Shown here piece after piece: positions 39,831-54,150 of a stretch of DNA of 58,897 nucleotides (within the stretch, counting starts at the first letter, position 1; every line of letters starts with the position of its first letter). This DNA comes from Octopus bimaculoides (taxonomy: Eukaryota), in contig NC_068982.1 in NCBI RefSeq assembly GCF_001194135.2, positions 116,920,097 to 116,978,993 on the forward strand. The letters are read 5' to 3'. The notes under the pieces are model-generated. The model searched no databases. It was not told the origin of the DNA and saw only the letters and a list, made by a program, of their open reading frames with translations. The position numbers and the translations under genes were made by a program.

Positions 39831-40293
39831 TGATATTATAAATCTAATCTACTGGATGATCGCCGCAGTTCTGATAAAGTTTCACTACTGAAAACCTTTC
39901 TTTATGTTGGCTAAAGTTAAAAATCAGGATTCGTCGCCGAACTACTCTGGCTTCATCGTTACTCTAAACATGAATGACATGTCGAAATTTGAGCTCTGTA
40001 GGATGCTGCGACTCGCAGCTACAGTTACTCGTACGGGGAACTTTTCATTTTAATGTGGGATTGCGAAGGTGGAATTATGGTAAGATACACATTTTTGTGA
40101 GATAATATGTTTTCGCTTTCAAATTCAATTTTAAACTTAAGTTTGAGTAAAAAATAAATTACCATACCAAACATTTTATCTTACCAATTCGTTAATGTTA
40201 TTGCATTTCAAAATAACCTTCCGATTAACTAACCAATATAAATCATGCAGTGAAGACAATGTATCTGCCCACACACACACACACACACCCACA

Positions 40294-40336
<43 letters not shown>

Positions 40337-40337
40337 G

Positions 40338-40373
<36 letters not shown>

Positions 40374-41189
40374 AACACACACACACACACACACACACAT
40401 GCATATATATAACATTAATTATATCAATTATAGCACAGGTTGGACCGAACCCCGTTAAGATAGATATAGGATAAATGGACAAAATATGAGTTCAGAAAAT
40501 AAAAATCCGTTGTGACTTCTGCCGCCATGTTTGAGGATCAATTTATAAATGCACATACTATGGTCGTGCTATTAGAGTACTTTACACTTAAGCTGTTAAA
40601 TTCATTAAAAATGTCAAGATTATAAATTAATATGATCATGGATCATAGTGAGAAACTAATTTTTGTGTCCCCTGCCATAAAATAACATGATATTAGTTCT
40701 AAGTTAACCATACTCACCTCACCCAACTCAGAAACCTTTAATTCTTTACTATGTGTGAATTCACTGAACTCCTCCTTCTGCTGTTTGTCTCTGTCTAAAT
40801 TTAGCCTTTTACCTGTACATGAATTACTCTTTCTTTTTAACCCTCTCTAATAAACACTATGTTTTCATAGTGAGAAATTCATTGGAAATTTAACTGAAGC
40901 AGATCTTTAAAATATTTCTGTTCTTCTAATATGATGCTATAATCTGACATTAATTTGTTTTCAAATCTAATATGACACTTTCAGAAGACTATTAAGTAAG
41001 ATAAAATCTAGCCAAAAATGTATGTTTCTCGTTGAATTAAATACTATAGCAGGATAGTAAGTCCAGCGGAGTAGTAGTGTACAATCTGAAAATTACAACC
41101 GTGAGGAATATAGCTCAAATTGAGTTACACTAAAGGCATTTTCAGTCTTGTATTTTATAACATAGCGTCGAAGGTGATTTATATGACCC

Positions 41190-42250
41190 TATCTGCTGAC
41201 CGAATACTGTAAGTTATATAAAAAAAAGTTAAAAGCTGGTATTAAGAAGCAAACGGCTCGAGTATACGCAAAGCTAAGCGCAATCTCATTAATTGGAATG
41301 TAATGTTCATGGAAATGCTAAATCCTTTACAGCTGGAATGAAGAGGCGGTTGTGATGAAATGGTTTATCCATTATGGGGTACAACATCCATGCCACAGCG
41401 ATTCAAAGCGATTTTGATTATCTATTGAGATATGTCAGCATCAAGAATTTCTAAGCTAGCGACGGGTTGCCATTGTGATTTAAAAATCGCCGTAGAATGA
41501 ATAATGGAATAATCCATGGCAACATACCAGCAGCAGAAATCGAATCATTCAGGAAGAGATTAACAATTTAATGAAAGGTGAATGGCTCCTGAATTCCAAC
41601 GTGTAAAATGGAGATGAAACTGGATTGTATAGGTGTTTGCTATCTCGGAATACCCGACTGTATAAGAATGAAGCCTCCATACCTGGTCGAAAATTAAGGA
41701 AAGTTTATCGGTGTTGTGCTGAGCGAATGCGGATGGCAGGCGCTTTTTAAAATTAGCAACGGTAAGAATACCAGCACATCTGCAAGTTTTGAAAGACATA
41801 ATGCACCAGCTACCAGTGCATTATGGCCATTGCAAGAAATACTTGTTTAACATAGATATCTAAAAAGAAATTAGCTGGCATTTAATTTCTGAAGTGCGTA
41901 AATACTAGGAAAGATAGTTGTTGCTGAGATGAAGGCACAATTAGTTTTGGACAATGTACCGAATTACCTGATTGTCCAGGTAATCACTAACCTGAAAGTA
42001 ATGATGTGAAAATAATGTATACTCTAACCATTAAGTGTTAAGTGTATGATCCAAACATCGGATATAGGTTTAACTATAGTTTTCAAACGACTATACCCAT
42101 AAAATTATTTGGATAATAATATCATTGCTATAGAAGAGGAAAATGAAAGAAAAATACACGAGTATAAGGAATTAAAACCTAAAATCAGCAATATTCAGTT
42201 TAGTACCTTCATGGAAGATACTCAAGCCAATGAGTTTGTGTAATGTGTTG
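41190..42250 (+). mobile_element. pogo/Tigger-like DDE transposase remnant
   Basis: F*ASDG...FKNRR, NGDETGLYRCLLSRNT, ANADG, LPVHY, LVLDNVP; many stops. Confidence 0.7.
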
Positions 42251-43536
42251 GTTAAACAATCATTCGGTTGCCCCAGCACACAAAACAAACGTTCGATTAG
42301 TTAGTCGGTTAGATATTTAATCATAGCGTGTACAATTATTGGCATAATGACCCTCCTAAGGCACAACAAGTTTTGTTTCAGAACACGAATTCACATCAAG
42401 AATCTTCTAAACCAAGTACAAAACCAAGTACAAAGACAATAAACTAATTTAATATTCTTAAGTGAACCCATTATCTGGAAGCAGTTATATCAGACGTTTC
42501 TGTCACCTATCACAGGTAAGTGAAATTGATTTAAATCGTTGTATGACGTACAGTATTCTCTATAATTTTGATACTGTTTATTGCGTTCAGTGCTTTTTAA
42601 TTGTCCATCTGGAAAATTGCAGACTATATACCAACTCATGAAAGTTCTCAAAATGTCTGTGTTAGATATTTCTAACATAGCCATAAAACCAGAAAAAAAA
42701 AACAATCAACTCGATGGAAGTAGTTAGTCTAGAAGGAAAAAAAATCGAAGTACACCCTGACAAGATTTGAACACAAAGAACCGGAAGAAATAACGCTGAA
42801 AATTTTGATGATAGTGCAAAAGAACCAACAGGTAGATGGATCAATTATTAATATGTTTAATGAAATTATGCGGAGGTGTATTTTGGATTGTGTGGAGGGT
42901 TATTTTATTGATGATTTGTTTTTCGGAAGTTGAATGAATCCGTACATCTTTGACTATTTAATAACTCTGTACAATATAAAAAATGTATGCAATTATCCTG
43001 ATGGATGTTATTCATTATCAATAAGAATTTGAGAGCATGATGGAAAATTTCCCGTGTTATTGTCTTATAATACAAACTGAAAGTATTTTAGATGATAGTC
43101 TGCATTATGCCCATTTCTCATATCTGATACCATTATGTTGTGTTATGACCAATAGCAAGTTGTATAATTCTTGGTGATGTGTGGGCTTCTTTTCTGTTTG
43201 AAAAAAATAAAGGAAACAATAATAATGATTTAAAAAAAAAATTGTATCAAGAAAATCAGTGACTGCATGGTCGAAGGCGTGTCTCTGTAAAATTTTGTTA
43301 AAAAGTATGAATTGGAGATGAGGCACTAAACTATGACTATGCTTCAAATATTAGTCATTACCAACGGTTAATTTCTGCAATGAGTTAAACAGAAACCTTC
43401 TTTCTTATTAGTAAGGGAGAGTTCACAGTATATGCATGAATAGATTAAATACGTACATATACACGCACATGCATGCACTCATCCCCAATAGTCCAAATCA
43501 CGGAGATGCGTAAGGATATACATGCATACATATGTG

Positions 43537-43589
<53 letters not shown>

Positions 43590-43651
43590 ACATACACATA
43601 TAAATACACATTCACAAATGGATATATGTATGTGATTATTACATCAATCTA

Positions 43652-44090
43652 AGGTGACGTGCTGGTAGAATCGATAGCACGCCGAGCAAAATGCTTAGCG
43701 GCATTTCGTCTGCCGCTACGTTCTGAGTTATAATTCTGCCGAGGTCAAATTTGCCTTTCATCCTTTCGGGATCGATTAAATAAATACCAGTTACACACTG
43801 GGATCGATGAAATTGAGTATCCCTCTCCCCCAAATTTCTGGTCTTGTGCCTATAGTAGAAAAGATCATTACATCAATCAAAGACGGCGTGCAGGTAGAAT
43901 CGATAGCACGCCGGACGAAATGCTTATCGGCATCTTCAAGTTCTGAGTTCTAATTCCGCCGAGGTCGACTTTCTCCGTCCTTTTGTGGTCAATAAAATCA
44001 GTACCAGTTTAGTACTCAGGTCCATTTAATCGACTTAGCTCTTCTCCCAAAATTGCTGGCCTTGCACGAAAATTTGAAATCAATATTACA
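43652..44090 (+). mobile_element. Two tandem SINE family 2 copies (~43652-43870 and ~43882-44090)
   Basis: Both have ggtagaatcgatagcacgccg...aattc.gccgaggtc...aaa....agtaccag and end in attattacat. Confidence 0.9.
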
Positions 44091-44430
44091 TTAGTCTGTT
44101 GGCAGATTCATATAAATAAATACATATGTGTATGCATGGATAGAGCAGGGTATGAAAGTGCATAGGCAATGTGATTAAGGTAGTGAGCTAACGACCACAA
44201 AGTCGCAAGATCGATTCTTGAGATCAGAAGCGAGTTCTGTTTTTGCATTTTATTTCAAGTTGATTCAGTCTACTCAACTGAAAATGAATAGCAGCAAACT
44301 TCTGGGACAGCTTCTCGCGCTATCCAGCAGTCATATTCTCGATGCTACTTTGCGTCAATGTTAAGAAAACCAAGAGGATGTATGCTCGGGCTACATTGAT
44401 ATTTGCAACAATTCACGAAAGCATGGTACA

Positions 44431-45594
44431 TAGAAGGTGAATTCCAAAAGTTTTGAGACTTTTTCAGGAGAGACATAGTTTTCAAAGAAAAACGAAAATC
44501 TGATATCATTAAAAATAGGACCATCTGACTTCAATGCACTTGTAGCGCTGCAGCCAATTCACGAAGGCCCCATGGAAGCTTCTCCAAATTGAAGGTGTCC
44601 TGAACCCATGTCCCAGCCTCCTTCACCTTCTCCTTCTGCTTGGGGAAGAGTCAAAGAAGCAAGGTCTGAACTGTAGGGAGTATAAGGAAAACTTTTGATG
44701 CCCATCTCTGTCAAACAGTTAGTTACAACGATAGATTTTCGCATGGGGGCATTGTCCTTGTTTAGGTGCCAACGAGCCAAGTAGAAGTGTTCTAGCCTTT
44801 CGCGACGAAATCTCTTCCTGAATTCCTTCAAAACCTCTACGAAGTACTCTCAGTTGAACATCCGGCCAGAAGGAACCCGAGAGATGTAGATGATGCCCTT
44901 TCTGTTGAAAGCGGGTATTCTCATGAGCTTCTTAGTAGATTTGCTTTGCTTGGCCTTCAAGAGCCGGAGAGAAGCAGGATACTTCTGCTGGGAAATCTAT
45001 ATCTTGGTCTCTGGATGATGATAATCGATACAACTTTCGAAACTATCACCAGGAATTCAAGTACTCTTGGACTGAAATTGCCAAAATATAGCCAAACTGT
45101 ATGGCTTATTTTCTTTATAGACACACGAACATCTTCATCGAAAGAATTGCAAATATTCTAAAGAAGCTCTGATGTTTTGACTTCCCTTTCTCTTCCACAC
45201 TTCTCATTCTCTACCACCTCTTCCCTGTCATCTTGTGCCAGCTTAGAACACCTGTACGTTAATCTATAAGCAGTCTGGAACATGTTACAAGGTTCTATAG
45301 CATTTGTGCCCAGTTTATCACAAAAGTTCTTTTGCATAGTGAGCTTCCAAACTCTCTTCACGGGCAGACTACATTCCACAAACCAGATAACTGTGAAAAG
45401 TGCTTAGGAGGTTGTATTCAAAGTGCTGTTACAGCCGTTTCTTTCAATCTAGAATAAAAATTTGGCAAGTCAGATTCTTAGATGTATAATACTGATATAC
45501 CAAAGTTGCAATAATTACAAAATTATTATAATAATTACAAAATTACAATAATCTAGTAAAGTAAGATCTCAAACCTTCTGGAATGCACATTGTA
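44431..45594 (-). mobile_element. Mariner (Tc1/mariner) transposon, pseudogenised, both TIRs present
   Basis: 28-bp TIRs at 44431-44458 and 45567-45594 (23/28 match, TA at both ends); FCDKLGTNA (HTH), HPETK, KDNAP, PYSSDLA motifs. Confidence 0.88.
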
Positions 45595-45622
45595 GTAGCG
45601 TGAAAATATCGGCTATGTGTTT

Positions 45623-45665
<43 letters not shown>

Positions 45666-46238
45666 CGTGAGTGTATGTGATTGTGTGTGTATGTTTGTGT
45701 GCGTTTGTGTGTATTTGCATATGTTGTCGTTATGCATTTCTGTACGCTTTTGTTTGTTACAATTGAAGGTTTTCAAAACCCAATAGATTGAAAATTATAA
45801 TGTAGAGTGAAAACAGAAGTAATGAAGGTAAAGGAAGTGCTTAAGGTAAGGCAAGTTCAAGCCATTATTTATTTTTATTGCTGCAGGTTTCATCNNNNNN
45901 NNNNNNNNNNNNNNNNNNNNNNNNNNNNNNNNNNNNNNNNNNNNNNNNNNNNNNNNNNNNNNNNNNNNNNNNNNNNNNNNNNNNNNNNNNNNNNNNNNNN
46001 NNNNNNNNNNNNNNNNNNNNNNNNNNNNNNNNNNNNNNNNNNNNNNNNNNNNNNNNNNNNNNNNNNNNNNNNNNNNNNNNNNNNNNNNNNNNNNNNNNNN
46101 NNNNNNNNNNNNNNNNNNNNNNNNNNNNNNNNNNNNNNNNNNNNNNNNNNNNNNNNNNNNNNNNNNNNNNNNNNNNNNNNNNNNNNNNNNNNNNNNNNNN
46201 NNNNNNNGTAGTAGCGTGAAAATATCGGCTATGTGTTT

Positions 46239-46283
<45 letters not shown>

Positions 46284-46539
46284 GTGAAAATGGTTAAGGG
46301 ATACAGATATAAATATGCGTTTGCGTGTAGTTGCGCGCACGTGTGTGAATGTGTTGCTGAGTGTGAAGTTCCTGGTAGTCGCTTACCAAATTCCTCTCAC
46401 AAGTTGCACACTAGATTTTCTATTGGTTTCCATATGTGACTATAAGATGGTTACATTTTGCGTCCTCCGGAACATTGCAAATGGTATGATGTATTATTTA
46501 TGTAGTGTACATATTTTACCTGTTTCAAGCATTAAACCA

Positions 46540-46706
46540 CGGCCATGCTGAAGCACAGCCTTGAATTGTAGTCGAATGAATCGACCCCTGGACTTATTCT
46601 TTAAACCTGGTACTTATTCTACCACCAAATTTTCTTTTGCCGAACCATTAAGTTACGGGGATGGAAACACACCAACACCAGTTGTCAAGCCTTCAAACAC
46701 AGTTAG

Positions 46707-46785
<79 letters not shown>

Positions 46786-47782
46786 NNNNNNNNNNNNNNN
46801 NNNNNNNNNNNNNNNNNNNNNNNNNNNNNNNNNNNNNNNNNNNNNNNNNNNNNNNNNNNNNNNNNNNNNNNNNNNNNNNNNNNNNNNNNNNNNNNNNNNN
46901 NNNNNNNNNNNNNNNNNNNNNNNNNNNNNNNNNNNNNNNNNNNNNNNNNNNNNNNNNNNNNNNNNNNNNNNNNNNNNNNNNNNNNNNNNNNNNNNNNNNN
47001 NNNNNNNNNNNNNNNNNNNNNNNNNNNNNNNNNNNNNNNNNNNNNNNNNNNNNNNNNNNNNNNNNNNNNNNNNNNNNNNNNNNNNNNNNNNNNNNNNNNN
47101 NNNNNNNNNNNNNNNNNNNNNNNNNNNNNNNNNNNNNNNNNNNNNNNNNNNNNNNNNNNNNNNNNNNNNNNNNNNNNNNNNNNNNNNNNNNNNNNNNNNN
47201 NNNNNNNNNNNNNNNNNNNNNNNNNNNNNNNNNNNNNNNNNNNNNNNNNNNNNNNNNNNNNNNNNNNNNNNNNNNNNNNNNNNNNNNNNNNNNNNNNNNN
47301 NNNNNNNNNNNNNNNNNNNNNNNNNNNNNNNNNNNNNNNNNNNNNNNNNNNNNNNNNNNNNNNNNNNNNNNNNNNNNNNNNNNNNNNNNNNNNNNNNNNN
47401 NNNNNNNNNNNNNNNNNNNNNNNNNNNNNNNNNNNNNNNNNNNNNNNNNNNNNNNNNNNNNNNNNNNNNNNNNNNNNNNNNNNNNNNNNNNNNNNNNNNN
47501 NNNNNNNNNNNNNNNNNNNNNNNNNNNNNNNNNNNNNNNNNNNNNNNNNNNNNNNNNNNNNNNNNNNNNNNNNNNNNNNNNNNNNNNNNNNNNNTATGTA
47601 TGTATGTATGTATGTATACGACGGGATTCTTACAATTTCCATCTACAAAATCCGCTAACGAGTTGTGGTTGGCCCGAAGCTATAGTAGAAAACACTAGCC
47701 CGACTTGTCACGCAGTGGGACTGAATCAGGAACCTTATGGTTGAGAAGCAGCCACTTTACCACACAGCCACGTCTGCGCTTA
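46540..47782 (-). mobile_element. SINE family 1, full-length copy spanning an assembly gap in its central microsatellite
   Basis: 3' half 46540-46710 and 5' half 47615-47782 both match 56308-56766. Confidence 0.8.
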
Positions 47783-48114
47783 CACCATAAAAATAAATTT
47801 GTTTTTCTGAAATTATGGAAACCCTGCTACCACACACACAAAAAAAAAAAAATATATATATATACAATAGTAATAATAAAAGAATAGATATTTAAAGGCG
47901 GAAGTGGATGTAGGAGTGTTTAGATGGCTGTTCAACCTGCTAGAAGTAACCACCATATTCCTATCAAATAGTACCATGTTCAAACATAGGAAGTTCACAT
48001 TTGCCAAGAGTAAGCCTGATCAATCAGGTATAACTCTGGGCTAAATAGCAACAGTTATTGGAAGTCAATTAAATCAGCCTTTTCAGTGTCTTGTCTCAGT
48101 TTTTTTTTTCAGAA

Positions 48115-48250
48115 AATCAAAATATTGGCTTCAAAATTTTAGTATAGGGCCAACATGTTGGAGGGAAGATGTAAGTCGATTACACTGGCCGCAGTGCTCA
48201 AGTGGGATTTATTTAATCGACGCTGAAAGGAATGTAAGGCAAAGTCGGGA
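48115..48250 (-). mobile_element. SINE family 2, 3' fragment
   Basis: tttgcc ttacattcctttcagcgtcgattaaataaatcccacttgagcactg on minus strand. Confidence 0.7.
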
Positions 48251-50676
48251 AAATACTTTTCATGTTTCACACATAATATTAGTGCACATGTTACTCTTTT
48301 AAGCGGCGGCTCTGTTTCTACATGCTTATGACTGCAGTCAGTCATTTTTCTTTTGTAGGAGACTAGCTTTGTAGAATATTTTATTTAGAGTGTATGATAT
48401 CATTCATTTGCAATCATCACATATCCAACTGCTCATTGTTAGATATGACGTATGTTTGCTGGATTCATTACTTGAGTAACCGGTTTGATGTTTTAGAAAC
48501 TACTGAAAGTAGGAAGTGATTTCTGCATTAAGCCGTTACTAAGCAACATAAACGAAATGCATCTTAAAATCCAAAATTGTGTTTATTTAGCAAAATGTTC
48601 AGATATTAATTACGCAATTAAATTCCATTTAACGTGACAAGTGCTGCATGTGCTCTGGTTATTCGAATACTGAAATCGCTTAAATGAAAAAAAACTAGAT
48701 CCAATTGAAGTGTGTTCACATCCATAAGTACATAGCAGGAATATCTTTTTGATATTTGTGATTATAATAATGAGTAGTATGAAACGCATTCAGCTCCTAA
48801 CAACATTTCTTTCAGATATTTTTGCGTGTAAAAAGGGAGTTTTGCAAAAATGTTTGAATACTGTTCACGTGTAAAAGGAACATGTGACAGTTTTTCAAAA
48901 GTCTACCACAACACAATTTCTGCCAGATATTAGTAACTATAATAATTAGTTGTGCGAAATATATTGAAACACTGAGCTCATACGTAGGAAAATATGCTAA
49001 CATTTAAGTACTTAAAAGTTACTTCAAATGTAAGTTTTAATAACTATAAATGCAAGATATATCGAAATGTTTACTATATTTGTATACAAATGCTTTGTCT
49101 TGTTTACAATCGTTAAAATGTTTGTTTAGTATTGGATCACGAACGAAATATTTATTTCGATTATCTCATAAAATGTTGGCCGCTCTTGGTTAACTGTACA
49201 AAGTTTTCATGAGGTCTAAAAGGGCATTCATTTTATTAACTTTGCTGTTGTTTGTTAGCTCCATAAATCGAAATGTAATCAAAACCGTTCATCCGTGACC
49301 ATGAGATCATTTATTAGAACATCATATTATCTAATACGATATTACCCATTTTCTCCCATTTTTAAACAGTAGGATGTGATTTTGGCTGCTATATAACTGA
49401 TTAATATTAGTTGGGGTTGCACGAATTTGATAATGTAACACTGAAACCTCTTCTCACAAGGGCATTGATGTCGCAGTTAACATGAATTTGCAAAACAGCC
49501 TAGGCTTGTCCGAAACAGACATCTTGAACTGCAGCCTTTACAACATGAGAATGTGTAATTCATTGTAATTGTAGTCTATTTAAATGACACTCAAGAGAGA
49601 TAACGATAGTGTCGGGTTGCTGGAGAATGAAACCGAAAGTGGGAGGTCTTTAAAATAAGTTGTAAGTCAAGGATTTATTGTGTTCTCGAACTCCTCTTGC
49701 CAATATTAGTGAATTATTATGTTTCTAACTGAACAGCAACGACAAATTGTTTTCATTATTCGCTCTGTACAGCATTCTTTGCTATGAATATTTAAATAGA
49801 TTATTCACTGGAGTAATTATTTAAGAAAGTGAACACAGAATCACGTTATGGAAATCTCTCCGGGAAATTGAATCCAGATTATAACACGCAGGGTCTGGGT
49901 TCAATTCTACTGCGTGTCCGGTATATAATTTGTAATTTGATTGTAAGCACAGGAAGGTATAGCTATTTCCGACTATTTTTGCAACTGTTATTAATGCAGT
50001 GAGTCCTTGATTGTAGACTAGACTCTCTTAGTTTGTCCACATGTATGCTAACCAAGAATCACCAGCATGTGCAGTTTCAGCACTTATGTCAAACAGATAG
50101 CTTAGCCATTGGATACAAAGAAAACAATATAAGTATGTATCATGCTAAAATAAGTACTAGTGTCGACATCTAAAACCATTTTAAGTAGTTTCTCTGGCAT
50201 AGCTGCAGTTCAATGGCTGAAAGCAATAGTTCAGAATAAACAGCGTAAATTTAGTAAAATCTTTCCATTAGGGAATGATAGTATGTTATGAATTCAACTC
50301 AACTGGAGCTTAGGCTTTGAAAACCAAAAGAAAAGGCCATAAGTGGAAAAAAAGTTTGTTGATTTTATTAAAATAGGTTGGTGAATAGAAAACCAGAAAT
50401 GGGAAGATCGAAAGTATGTAGACAGGTGGTTTGCAACCAAAGAGCAAGAACTAAATTTGGAGATAATTGAAATAAATATAGGAAAGCGAAGAGAAGTGTT
50501 GTATGGATGTATTATGTATATGTAACTATGTGTTATATATTTGAGAGCATATTTCGTAAACATATTTATGTGTATGCGTTCTAGGTAATATACACATGCA
50601 TTCATACATATACATACATACATGCATGCATATATATATATATATATACACATATACATACATACATATATATATA

Positions 50677-50783
<107 letters not shown>

Positions 50784-50789
50784 ATATTG

Positions 50790-52165
50790 TTGTATTTGGG
50801 GATGGTCATGTTGCCAGTTCATCCAATTAAAATCCACGCACTATATATTTGGTGTTCACTTGCTTCAGCTTTATTTTATATTAATTGTATTTCGGCCACA
50901 ATTCTTTCGTTACACTTCTGTGACCTCATCAGTGGTCCTTTGCTTTCTTCTTTCTTTTTTGTGTTTCTCCTTACTCACGATCTGCATTTTGTATTCGATG
51001 AAGAAATGACACGTGGATTACTATAACAGAGCTCGAGCAAAAGCTGGATATAGGAATAAAATAAAATACCATCGACCAAACAACATTAGTAAATATAACA
51101 TCACTAATTACAAAAAAATAAATGAAAAATTTTATAATCCCACCGTAACTAGAAATATAAGTAAAAATAAAGACATAACTTGTAATCCACATTTTATAAA
51201 CCACAACTTCATAATGGTAAACATAATATAAGAAAAACCAATATTAAATTATCTTATAAACCCAAGATTAATTAAAAAATAATCAAGTCACAATTATAAT
51301 GATCCCCAGAATGATAAAAGCATAATTACATAATTAATAAGCATATTGATATGAATAATCAAGTTATTACCTCTAATACCAGCATCATTGCTAATCCACA
51401 TAATGCTCTGAATAATAATATTACACCACATACTCATTTAATTAACTCTAACAAAACTAAGAGGGATTTCAAAATACCTATAAATAACAATCACCCTGAA
51501 AAAACTAATAAAATTGGGCTAATTATTCCATATGCAAAACAAATTAAAAATAACATTTTTAAACCTATATTTCAGGCCATTCATAAATGTTTTAACATTG
51601 ATAATAGATATAATGGAATCATAAACTAGAAAACCGTCAGGATTGGTTTTAGCCTAACTCCTAACTTATTTACAATTATATCATCAATTAACAACAGGAA
51701 ATTAAATAAATTCTACATCAATCGAAATACTCATGACAATAATTTTACTAATTCTTCTAAGCTTAAACTATATCTTCCATACTTCACTAACTCTAATAAT
51801 AACGGCTACATAATTTCCAATGAAGGAACCGTAATAACCCATATTAATTCAATTAATATCAATTCTTCTAATAGGTACATACATAATATCATTTATAAAC
51901 ATTGTGACTGTAAACTTAAAGCTAATTGTAAATTTAAGAACTCATGTAAGAGAACAAATGTTGTCTATCAATGCACAGTTGTAGTTCAAGGTAAAAAATA
52001 TTTTCATATAGGCTCTACTGAATATAAACTTAAGATTCGCGTGGACATCTCCAATCTTTTAAAAATAAATAGAAAATCAACTCTAACAGATTAAGTTAAT
52101 TTATATTGGAATTAAAAGATAATAACATTGAATTTGAAATTAAATAGAATATCATTCCTTCTGCA
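50790..52165 (+). mobile_element. RT-less PLE derivative: thumb/linker plus GIY-YIG with Asn-rich spacers
   Basis: DYYNRARAKAGYRNKIKY; IIPYAKQIKNNIFKPIFQAIHKCF..TVRIGFSLTPNLFTIISSINNRK; CDCKLKANCKFKNSCKRTNVVYQCTV..YFHIGSTE. Confidence 0.65.
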
Positions 52166-53535
52166 ATGATAGATATATATATATATAGATATATGTATGT
52201 ATATATGTGTACATGAGTATGTGGGTATAAATATAAAATTTAGGTGTCTATGTATCTGTATGTGCGTGTATATGTATCTGTGTGCGTGTGTATATGTACA
52301 TGGGGGAATATGCATATATGTATGCATGACTATATGTGTATATATATATATATGTAAATATGTATATATANNNNNNNNNNNNNNNNNNNNNNNNNNNNNN
52401 NNNNNNNNNNNNNNNNNNNNNNNNNNNNNNNNNNNNNNNNNNNNNNNNNNNNNNNNNNNNNNNNNNNNNNNNNNNNNNNNNNNNNNNNNNNNNNNNNNNN
52501 NNNNNNNNNNNNNNNNNNNNNNNNNNNNNNNNNNNNNNNNNNNNNNNNNNNNNNNNNNNNNNNNNNNNNNNNNNNNNNTATATATATATATATATATATA
52601 TGTATACATATATATGCTATTTAAATCAATATGTGTCTATTCATTTGTGTATTTATTCTTGTGTATGTGTATATGTACATGTGTGCATATACATATATGT
52701 ATGTATCAGTCTATGTGTATATGTAGGTATATGCATGTATATGAATGTGTATGTGCATGTATGTGTACATGTTTGTGGACATATATATATGCATACATAT
52801 ACATATACTATTTAAATTAGTGCCTATTTATTTGCGTATTTATTCTTGTGTATGTGTTTGTATGTACATGTGTGTATATACATATATATATATAGGTATG
52901 TTTGTATGTGTATATGTATGTATATGCATGTATATGATTGTGTATGTGTGTGTATACGTACATTATGTGGTCCTATATATATACATATATATATATAGGT
53001 ATGTTTGTATGTGTATATGTATGTATATGCATGTATATGATTGTGTATGTGTGTGTATACGTACATTNNNNNNNNNNNNNNNNNNNNNNNNNNNNNNNNN
53101 NNNNNNNNNNNNNNNNNNNNNNNNNNNNNNNNNNNNNNNNNNNNNNNNNNNNNNNNNNNNNNNNNNNNNNNNNNNNNNNNNNNNNNNNNNNNNNNNNNNN
53201 NNNNNNNNNNNNNNNNNNNNNNNNNNNNNNNNNNNNNNNNNNNNNNNNNNNNNNNNNNNNNNNNNNNNNNNNNNNNNNNNNNNNNNNNNNNNNNNNNNNN
53301 NNNNNNNNNNNNNNNNNNNNNNNNNNNNNNNNNNNNNNNNNNNNNNNNNNNNNNNNNNNNNNNNNNNNNNNNNNNNNNNNNNNNNNNNNNNNNNNNNNNN
53401 NNNNNNNNNNNNNNNNNNNNNNNNNNNNNNNNNNNNNNNNNNNNNNNNNNNNNNNNNNNNNNNNNNNNNNNNNNNNNNNNNNNNNNNNNNNNNNNNNNNN
53501 NNNNNNNNNNNNNNNNNNNNNNNNNNNNNNNNNNN

Positions 53536-53585
<50 letters not shown>

Positions 53586-53922
53586 TATATGTGAGCGTGT
53601 AATAGTGTGTGAGACTATTAATAAGCACTTCTTTTGCATTCTTATAATTTATTTCCACTAAAATAAGGAAGATGTATGCATACGTAAATAATTGATTATG
53701 AGAATATGAAAATACATATTTAAACGTGTATGTACGTAGATCTATGTCTATGTATACATCTGTCTCTGTAAGAATAAACGCATACATTTATGTGTGCAGT
53801 TATGCATCTGTGTGTGTTTATGCAGGTGTGTATGTATATACTTACGCGGGCATATATATGTACGTAAGTGTGTGTAAGTGTATGTATATCTGTATATACA
53901 CACACACACACACGCACACACA

Positions 53923-54006
<84 letters not shown>

Positions 54007-54007
54007 C

Positions 54008-54150
54008 AAAAATGTATATTAGCATCACGTATACAGATATATAGGGATATGTATGCGTGTAAACCTGACCGCACATTCTCATATATAACATAGACACACA
54101 CACACGAATATATGTATGTATGTGTAAATATAAGCATACATTCTTACGCA
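54008..54150. repeat. Direct repeat of 57838-58030 (which has an internal insertion)
   Basis: aaaatgtatattagcatcacgtatacag, gtgtaaacctga.cgcacattc.catatataacatagac and aatataagcatac are shared. Confidence 0.8.

Noticed and set aside
42490-42705. 71-aa minus-strand ORF and an overlapping plus-strand CAG|GTAAGT donor
   Set aside because: No recognisable domain and no consistent exon could be built
45592-46275. Duplicate of gtagtagcgtgaaaatatcggctatg on both sides of a gap
   Set aside because: Gap-edge duplication cannot be separated from misassembly
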